DNA of 64,000 nucleotides from the NCBI GenBank assembly GCA_965116885.1, contig OZ220741.1, positions 2,720,001-2,784,000 of the forward strand. Direction: 5' to 3'. The first letter of the stretch is position 1. Each line of letters begins with the position of its first letter. The notes below the pieces were generated by a model. The model saw only the letters and a list, made by a program, of their open reading frames with translations, did not search any database and was not told where the DNA came from. This stretch comes from Candidatus Latescibacterota bacterium (lineage in GTDB: Bacteria > Latescibacterota > UBA2968). The translations under genes and the position numbers were made by a program. Shown here one piece after another: positions 57,985 to 64,000 of this stretch.

Positions 57985-58311
57985 TCAAACGCTGAACGAT
58001 TCTCCACATCCACACTGATTTGTGGCATTGGGATTGTTAAATCGAAATCCCGTCCCCATCAGGCCATCGTCGTAGTCCAATTCAGTGCCTGTCAAAAAGA
58101 GCGCACTTTTCATATCGACAAAAACTCGAATGCCAAAGGCTTCAATTACGCTGTCATCTGTGCGGGCTGTCTCATCGAAATCGAGCTGATATTGAAGGCC
58201 AGAACATCCGCCGCCGATCACTTTCAAGCGCAAACCATGATCTTCGGGACGTCCGTCTCGGTCCATGAGTTCTTTTATTTTGCCCGCTGCATTTTCTGTG
58301 ACGCAAACCAT
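57985..58311 (-). CDS. A-type Fe-S carrier (IscA/ErpA/HesB)
   Basis: GGGCSGLQY, FNNPNA..CGCGESF; start ATG 58311 with GGAGG. Confidence 0.93.
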   Translation of the reverse strand: MVCVTENAAGKIKELMDRDGRPEDHGLRLKVIGGGCSGLQYQLDFDETARTDDSVIEAFGIRVFVDMKSALFLTGTELDYDDGLMGTGFRFNNPNATNQCGCGESFSV

Positions 58312-58321
58312 AATGCCTCCA

Positions 58322-58801
58322 TTAGCCCAATGCTTGCAGACACGCTTTGATCGCATCAAAATCCGGCAACTCGGTTGGATCGTCGGACACAGAAGCAAAG
58401 CGCACCACACCGCTTTTATCTACGACAAAAGCCGAACGCTTTGCCACGCCCTTAAATCCAATCAAATCCTCGAATTGCGATCCATAAGCCGCGCTGACTT
58501 CTTTGTTGAAATCGCTGAGCAGGGGAACGGTAATCTCGTTTTCTTTTGCCCATGCTTCCTGGGCAAAGGGACTATCTACACTGATGCCCAAAACCTGTGC
58601 ATCGAGTGCGTCGTAATCGGCCAAACCACCGCTGACCGAGCACATTTCATCGGTACAGACGCCGGTATAAGCGAGTGGGAAAAACAAAATTACGACGTTT
58701 TTTTGATCTCTGTAATCGCTCAGAGAAATATCGTTCATATCGTCGCCAGATTTTGATTTCAGCGCAAAATCTGGTGCCTGGTCACCTACAGTAATACCCA
58801 T
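58322..58801 (-). CDS. Peroxiredoxin (AhpE-like)
   Basis: APDF, FFPLAYTGVCTDE, GISVDS, LLSDFN, RSAFVVD. Confidence 0.9.
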   Translation of the reverse strand: MGITVGDQAPDFALKSKSGDDMNDISLSDYRDQKNVVILFFPLAYTGVCTDEMCSVSGGLADYDALDAQVLGISVDSPFAQEAWAKENEITVPLLSDFNKEVSAAYGSQFEDLIGFKGVAKRSAFVVDKSGVVRFASVSDDPTELPDFDAIKACLQALG

Positions 58802-58823
58802 TTCTCATATCCTTTGGAAAAAC

Positions 58824-59435
58824 TTATAGCGCAGCTTCGTAACGGCGGTTGACTTCGTCCCAGTTAATTGTATTGGTCCAGGCTTCAATATAATCGGGAC
58901 GCAAATTCTGATACTTGAGATAATAAGCGTGTTCCCATACATCGAGGCCGAGAATGGGCGTTCCGTCACCTGTCATGATCGGATTATCTTGATTGGCAGT
59001 GCTCAAAATATTGAGTTTGCCGTCTTTGACCACAAGCCAGGCCCACCCACTTCCAAAGCGCGTTGTTGCAGCGGTGACAAATTGTTCCTTTGCAGCTTCC
59101 ACACCGCCCAAATCGGACCCAATAGCGCTGGCGACTGCGCCTGTTGGCCCACCACCGCCATTGGGGGTCATGATCGTCCAGAACAAACTGTGGTTGGCAT
59201 GGCCTCCGCCATTGTTTTGAACAGCCGTGCGGATATCGTCTGGTACGCTGTCCAGGTTACTGATCAAGCTTTCGATAGACTGATTTGCCAAATCATCATG
59301 CCCTTCAAGTGCGGCATTGAGATTGGTCACATAGGCATTGTGGTGCTTGGAGTGGTGAATTTCCATCGTCCGCGCGTCAATGTGTGGCTCGAGTGCATCA
59401 TAAGCATAGGGCAAGTCGGGCAATTCATATGCCAT
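58824..59435 (-). CDS. sodA: Mn/Fe superoxide dismutase (Mn-type residues)
   Basis: [35 protein letters not shown]. Confidence 0.93.
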   Translation of the reverse strand: MAYELPDLPYAYDALEPHIDARTMEIHHSKHHNAYVTNLNAALEGHDDLANQSIESLISNLDSVPDDIRTAVQNNGGGHANHSLFWTIMTPNGGGGPTGAVASAIGSDLGGVEAAKEQFVTAATTRFGSGWAWLVVKDGKLNILSTANQDNPIMTGDGTPILGLDVWEHAYYLKYQNLRPDYIEAWTNTINWDEVNRRYEAAL

Positions 59436-59604
59436 TTTGAAACTCCTTTTTTAGAGATGAATACTTTAGAAATGAATTGTGATACCATTTCCGAGTTTGA
59501 ACTCAAAATATAATGAACTCCCCTGAAGGCGTCAAGTCCTTATACAAGCCATTTATTTTATATAACATAAATACTTACAATAACTTGATATACACACAGG
59601 GAAA

Positions 59605-60459
59605 TCATTTGATGTGAACCAGTGCGTTGTCTATCAGGCGTGCATTGCCGAAACGCACAGCCACGGCCAGCAAAATGGAATCTTTTAGCTCGGCAACGGG
59701 CGTGAGGTCTTTTGCATCTACGGCTTCGATATAGTCGATTTCTGCACTGCGCTGTGGTTCAATGACATCGCGCATGGCTTCAATGACCCTTTGGGTACGC
59801 CTTTCGCCCTGATCAATCATTTTTTGCCCCACCATCAATGCGCGGTATAGCGCGGGGGCTTGCCCCCGTTCTTCAGCACTTAAATAAGCATTTCTCGAAC
59901 TCATCGCCAATCCGTCCGCTTCGCGCACTGTGGGGGCCATCTGTATCTCCACATCCAGGTTGAGATCGCGCACCAGGCGTTGAATGACTATTGTTTGTTG
60001 GGCATCTTTTTGTCCAAAGACAGCTACATGGGGTTTTACGGCTGCAAATAGTTTGGTGACGATTGTTGTCACACCTTCAAAATGCCCCGGACGACTTGCG
60101 CCACAAAGTCTTTCGGTCAACTTGGCCACGCGCACCGATGTCGCAAAATCTCCGGGATATATTTCTTTTTTCTCGGGCAGGTATGCGAGATGCACGCCGT
60201 GCTGGTTGAGCAATTTCAGGTCCCGATCTATGTCTTTTGGATAGGCTGCGAGATCTTCGGCGGGACCAAATTGCAGCGGGTTGACAAAAATGCTCACCAC
60301 AACCCGATCTGTCACTTTTAATGCCTGGCGCACGAGGCTGAGATGTCCTTCGTGCAGATATCCCATTGTGGGTACAAGCCCGATGCGCAGGCCCGCCTGT
60401 CGGATACGGTCTGCTGCACAGTGCATCTCGCGGACGGTTTTGATAATTTTTACGGGCAT
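59605..60459 (-). CDS. panC: Pantoate-beta-alanine ligase
   Basis: VPTMGYLHEGH, FVNPLQF, RPGHF.GV, FGQKD.QQ, AMSSRN, RLIDN. Confidence 0.97.
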   Translation of the reverse strand: MPVKIIKTVREMHCAADRIRQAGLRIGLVPTMGYLHEGHLSLVRQALKVTDRVVVSIFVNPLQFGPAEDLAAYPKDIDRDLKLLNQHGVHLAYLPEKKEIYPGDFATSVRVAKLTERLCGASRPGHFEGVTTIVTKLFAAVKPHVAVFGQKDAQQTIVIQRLVRDLNLDVEIQMAPTVREADGLAMSSRNAYLSAEERGQAPALYRALMVGQKMIDQGERRTQRVIEAMRDVIEPQRSAEIDYIEAVDAKDLTPVAELKDSILLAVAVRFGNARLIDNALVHIK

Positions 60460-61292
60460 TATTCGTCTATCCGCGCTCTAAATCGGCGCAGTTCAGCGCT
60501 CGTTATTTTGAAACGGTGTTTGTCTTCTGGAAATCGACGCGACTTGATATCTGCGACATAGTCTGCAAATGCCTGATGCATCTCCCCTTTGAGGTCAGTG
60601 TATGTTTTGACAAACCGATAATGGCTTTTGTAAACGCCCAGCATATCGTGTGCAACCAGCACCTGTCCATCACATACGCGTCCGGCACCAATTCCGATGG
60701 TTGGCATGGACATCCGTTTGGTCACGACTTCGGCAATGCGCTCGGGCACACATTCTAAAACTACGGCAAGGGCACCGGCAGAGGCCAGTGCATCGGCATC
60801 TTTTAAGACGTCGAGTGCTTCTTCGGCGCGGTCTCCAAACACGGGACGCTTACCCGTGCGCGTTTGGGGCGTGTAGCCCACATGCCCAACCACGGGAATG
60901 CCCTCGGCGACGAGTGCCTCGACCTGGGTCGTTATATTGCGCCCTCCTTCGAGTTTAACCACTTCGGTGCCAGCAGAAACCAATTGTCGCGCATTTTCTA
61001 ATGCTTGCTCTGGCGTTTCGTAAGCTCGATAGGGCAAATCTGCCATCAACAGGGCACTCACCACTCCGCGCCGCACCGCGCGCGTGTGGTGGAGCATATC
61101 ATCCATTGTCACCTGCTGAGGGCTTTTATACCCCAACACATTGACGCCAACCGAGTCTCCCACAAAGATGACATCGACACCCGCAGCATCCTGAAAAACA
61201 GCCGTTGGATGATCGTAACAGGTCAACATCGCAATGGGTTCGCCTCGTTGTTTCATCAGCGAGAGGGTTTCTGGTTGTATCCGCGATCCCAT
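60459..61292 (-). CDS. panB: 3-methyl-2-oxobutanoate hydroxymethyltransferase
   Basis: MLTCYD, VGDS, VKLEGG, GHVGYTPQ, TIGIGAG..DGQVLV. Confidence 0.95.
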   Translation of the reverse strand: MGSRIQPETLSLMKQRGEPIAMLTCYDHPTAVFQDAAGVDVIFVGDSVGVNVLGYKSPQQVTMDDMLHHTRAVRRGVVSALLMADLPYRAYETPEQALENARQLVSAGTEVVKLEGGRNITTQVEALVAEGIPVVGHVGYTPQTRTGKRPVFGDRAEEALDVLKDADALASAGALAVVLECVPERIAEVVTKRMSMPTIGIGAGRVCDGQVLVAHDMLGVYKSHYRFVKTYTDLKGEMHQAFADYVADIKSRRFPEDKHRFKITSAELRRFRARIDE

Positions 61293-61295
61293 AAG

Positions 61296-61949
61296 TCAGG
61301 TCCGCCTTGTGTTGTCAGTTTCCATATGCGCTGGTCGATAATAACGGGTTCCAGATGGAGGCGATTTAATTTGTGCCAGTAAATCCTCCAGGTGTTCTGG
61401 GCGGTTTTCAAAATCGATCTCCGATACATTAACTGCGAGTAGCGGTGTTACCGAATAATGAAAGAAAAACTGGTTATAAGCTTCCAGTAACTTCGAGACG
61501 TATGCTTTTGTTATCTCTCTTTCATATCCGCGTTCATGGAGTCTTATACCCCGCATCAGATGATTGACTGTGGTTTGCAAATAAATCACCAGATCTGGAC
61601 GGGGAAGTTTTTCGCTCAATGTTTCGGACAGCCGTTCATAGAGGGCAAATTCCGTATCATTGAGTGTCACATTGGCGTAGATGCGATCTTTTTCAAAAAT
61701 AAAATTGCTGACCACAGCTTCTTCAAACAAATCCATCTGGTGTAGTTCTTGTTGTTGTCGATAGCGGCTCAGCATAAAAAAGACCTGGGTTTGAAAGCCA
61801 TATTGATCAGGGGCCTCGTAGAACAAAGGCAAAAAGGGATTTTCTTCGGGTTCTTCGAGCATCAGACGGGCATTTAGACGACGCCTCAAAAGGCGAGCCA
61901 AACGCCTTTTGCCCACACCTGTTACGCCTTCAATAGCTATATATCGCAA
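61296..61949 (-). CDS. Deoxynucleoside kinase family
   Basis: YIAIEG..GVGK, ENPFL..FY, FQTQVFF..SR, KDRIYA, PDLVIYLQ. Confidence 0.88.
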   Translation of the reverse strand: MRYIAIEGVTGVGKRRLARLLRRRLNARLMLEEPEENPFLPLFYEAPDQYGFQTQVFFMLSRYRQQQELHQMDLFEEAVVSNFIFEKDRIYANVTLNDTEFALYERLSETLSEKLPRPDLVIYLQTTVNHLMRGIRLHERGYEREITKAYVSKLLEAYNQFFFHYSVTPLLAVNVSEIDFENRPEHLEDLLAQIKSPPSGTRYYRPAHMETDNTRRT

Positions 61950-61966
61950 CGCTAAATCCCCCGACC

Positions 61967-62470
61967 TTATTTTTTTCTTATCAAATTGAGACCTTCAATT
62001 TTTCGCACGGGCAAATCCATGCCCAGGGAGTCGGTCAAAAATTGAATCGATTGATCTAAAACGGGATGTTTGAGATCGGGTTTGAGGTCGCAAAGCGGTA
62101 TCAGGACGAATGCGCGCTCGTGCAAGTGTGGGTGTGGCACCTGCAAGCCCGGCTGGTTGATGACGTTGTCGCCGTAAAATAAAATATCGAGGTCCAGGGT
62201 GCGCGGTCCCCACCGCGTCTGGCGCACGCGACCAAATCCGCGCTCAATTGCCAGTAGGCAATTCAATAAACTTCGCGCGGAGAAACTGGTATGGATTTGC
62301 AGAACTGCGTTGAGAAAATACGGCTGGTCGGCCACTCCGATTGGGGCGGTTTCATAGACTGCAGAGGCAGCGACAACGGCGATTTCGGGTTTTGCATCTA
62401 TCATACCCGTCGCGTCCTGGAGCGTTTTTTCCCGATTTCCCAAATTCGCGCCAATGCCAATGTAGGTCAC
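61967..62470 (-). CDS. folK: 2-amino-4-hydroxy-6-hydroxymethyldihydropteridine diphosphokinase
   Basis: IGIGANLG, YETAP, FLNAV, RWGPRTLDLDIL, PHP.LHERAFVL. Confidence 0.96.
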   Translation of the reverse strand: MTYIGIGANLGNREKTLQDATGMIDAKPEIAVVAASAVYETAPIGVADQPYFLNAVLQIHTSFSARSLLNCLLAIERGFGRVRQTRWGPRTLDLDILFYGDNVINQPGLQVPHPHLHERAFVLIPLCDLKPDLKHPVLDQSIQFLTDSLGMDLPVRKIEGLNLIRKK

Positions 62471-62826
62471 GTTTCGCGCCTCACTTCAACTTCAACGCCA
62501 TCGAAATTGACGGGAACCGGTGGATTGGGTTTGCGCACTCGCACGAGAAGTTTTGTCAGTCCCAATTCCGACTGCAAAACGTCAGCAATGCGGTCTGCCA
62601 GGGCTTCGACAAGGCCGAATCGCTCGCCTATCACCACTTGCTCGACTATTTTACAGACGCGCGGATAATCTACGGCCTGAGGTGTATTATTGCGTGCAAA
62701 TCCTCTGAAATCGCCATAGATTTCTACGTCAACTTCAAATTTTTGACCGAGTTTGGCCTCTTCTTCAAACAGGCCATGGTAGCCGTAAAAAGCCATATTT
62801 TTTATTCTCAGTACGTCTTTTGTCAT
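62467..62826 (-). CDS. folB: Dihydroneopterin aldolase
   Basis: FYGYHG..EE..LGQKF.VD, VDY, LVEALA, RKP..P; start ATG 62826. Confidence 0.93.
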   Translation of the reverse strand: MTKDVLRIKNMAFYGYHGLFEEEAKLGQKFEVDVEIYGDFRGFARNNTPQAVDYPRVCKIVEQVVIGERFGLVEALADRIADVLQSELGLTKLLVRVRKPNPPVPVNFDGVEVEVRRET

Positions 62827-62852
62827 GGTGCTAATATTTACAATTCCATTTG

Positions 62853-63830
62853 TTAAGTCAAGGAGTTTGCTGTAAATGGCAAGTTGACTACTTCGGCCTC
62901 TGATCCGTCGTCCAAAATTACGCGTTGTCCTGCCTCGTGATAGCCCCGGCGGATGATGGCAAGGGCGATCACGCGATTGAGGCGGAGCGATTTTACGCAT
63001 GTGGTTACTCGTCCGACGATTTTATCGTTGACTGTGATATTGCCACAAACAGGCGTGTTGCCGATTAGGCCCGTTAGATAGCGGCGGGGGCGTCCTCGAA
63101 AGTGCATTTTGGCGATTACTTCTTGCCCAATGTAGCAGCCCTTGTCAAAATCGACTGCGTGATTTAAACCAGCTTCGAGGGGCACGACTGACTCATCGAT
63201 TTCAGTGCCATAACGGGGAATACCGGCTTCGACCCGCAATATTTCTTCTACTTGCCATTCGATTGGCGTTCCTCCCGCTGTAACGAGTGCCTGTTGCAAT
63301 GAGTCGTTTTGGGCAATGCGGAGATCTATGCCCGGTTCGCCCGTGTATGACCGCGCTGTGACCCAAATTGGGGTGCCGTCAAATTCGCGTACAACCGTGT
63401 GGTGTTCGGGGAGGTCAGCAGGTACGCGCCCAACAACCCGACCGACCAACTCATAGGCCGCGGGGCCCTGTACCCCAAAAATGGACCAGGCGTCGGATTC
63501 GTCCGATAGCGCGACATCATCGGCGATCAGATAGCGGTCCAGAGTTTCAATTAACTTTGTCGCAAGTCCCGGTTCTGTTTCCATATAGATACAATCTTGT
63601 AGGCGATGGACCCAAATATCTAATAGCGTTTGTCCTCTCGCCGATGTGACTGCGGCATAATTGCCTTCATTTTCGGCGAGGGATTCAACGGTATTGGTCA
63701 CCATGCCGTGCAAAAATCTCAGACAATCTGCGCCTTCTGCACGCACTTTGCCCCGCTTACTGCGGTTGAATACGCCCGCGTTTTCTCGAACGGCACGGTA
63801 CTGTGTTTCCATATCTAGATGTGATGACAT
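62853..63830 (-). CDS. ygfZ: YgfZ/GcvT-like folate-binding protein
   Basis: FLHGMVTN, LRVEAGIP, DKGCYIGQE signature. Confidence 0.85.
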   Translation of the reverse strand: MSSHLDMETQYRAVRENAGVFNRSKRGKVRAEGADCLRFLHGMVTNTVESLAENEGNYAAVTSARGQTLLDIWVHRLQDCIYMETEPGLATKLIETLDRYLIADDVALSDESDAWSIFGVQGPAAYELVGRVVGRVPADLPEHHTVVREFDGTPIWVTARSYTGEPGIDLRIAQNDSLQQALVTAGGTPIEWQVEEILRVEAGIPRYGTEIDESVVPLEAGLNHAVDFDKGCYIGQEVIAKMHFRGRPRRYLTGLIGNTPVCGNITVNDKIVGRVTTCVKSLRLNRVIALAIIRRGYHEAGQRVILDDGSEAEVVNLPFTANSLT

Positions 63831-63929
63831 ATACTCTATCCTCCTATTGCCTAATCAGGGTAATATCTATATACTTTGAAAACGCCGTTTTTGTCAAAGG
63901 ATTCTTATTCTCATCAAAAGGAGATTCAG

Positions 63930-64000
63930 GTGAAAGCTATTCGCATATCGCAATACGGTGGTGCAGAAGTTTTGAGTTTTGAAGATATTGATGTAGCAGA
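63930..64000 (+). CDS. Quinone oxidoreductase (MDR family), N-terminal fragment
   Basis: GTG start after AAGGAG; MKAIRISQYGGAEVLSFEDIDVA. Confidence 0.7.
   Translation, partial: MKAIRISQYGGAEVLSFEDIDVA

Overview
64 kb of bacterial chromosome, densely coding (about 62 CDS). I found no rRNA, tRNA, CRISPR array, integrase or transposase. The left and middle parts (1-47 kb) are mostly catabolic genes: four Gfo/Idh/MocA oxidoreductases, two sulfatases, heparinase II/III-like and PL2 lyases, three PhyH-type dioxygenases, two xylose-isomerase-like TIM barrels and several dehydrogenases. A secreted EF-hand/dockerin-like + YWTD protein and a CBM9/DUF5916 outer-membrane protein sit among them. This mix recalls marine-sponge symbionts of Latescibacterota/Gemmatimonadota/Poribacteria type (inference only). 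The right part (47-64 kb) is a minus-strand housekeeping run: ygfZ-folB-folK-dNK-panB-panC, sodA-prx-iscA, rny-iscU-queG-miaB-lipA, GWxTD-IOR. Best candidates for an undescribed system: (1) two adjacent membrane-anchored CutA-domain proteins that have lost complementary parts of the CutA fold (6.8-8.2 kb); (2) a PrsK/PrsR-like two-component system followed by a consensus sigma-54 promoter with two tandem palindromic enhancer sites, upstream of lipid-modification genes and an AT-richer array of five secreted, Phe-terminated proteins, four of them domain-shuffled paralogs, interrupted by an inverted DUF4160/DUF2442 pair (12-22.6 kb); (3) a small dispersed and tandem repeat with a covarying hairpin (5.5 and 26.6 kb). 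Other oddities include an internally deleted PIN toxin, a plant-HPR1-like hydroxypyruvate reductase, an IscU with only one Cys, and many short intergenic repeat families. All assignments come from motif recognition by eye; no database searches were run.
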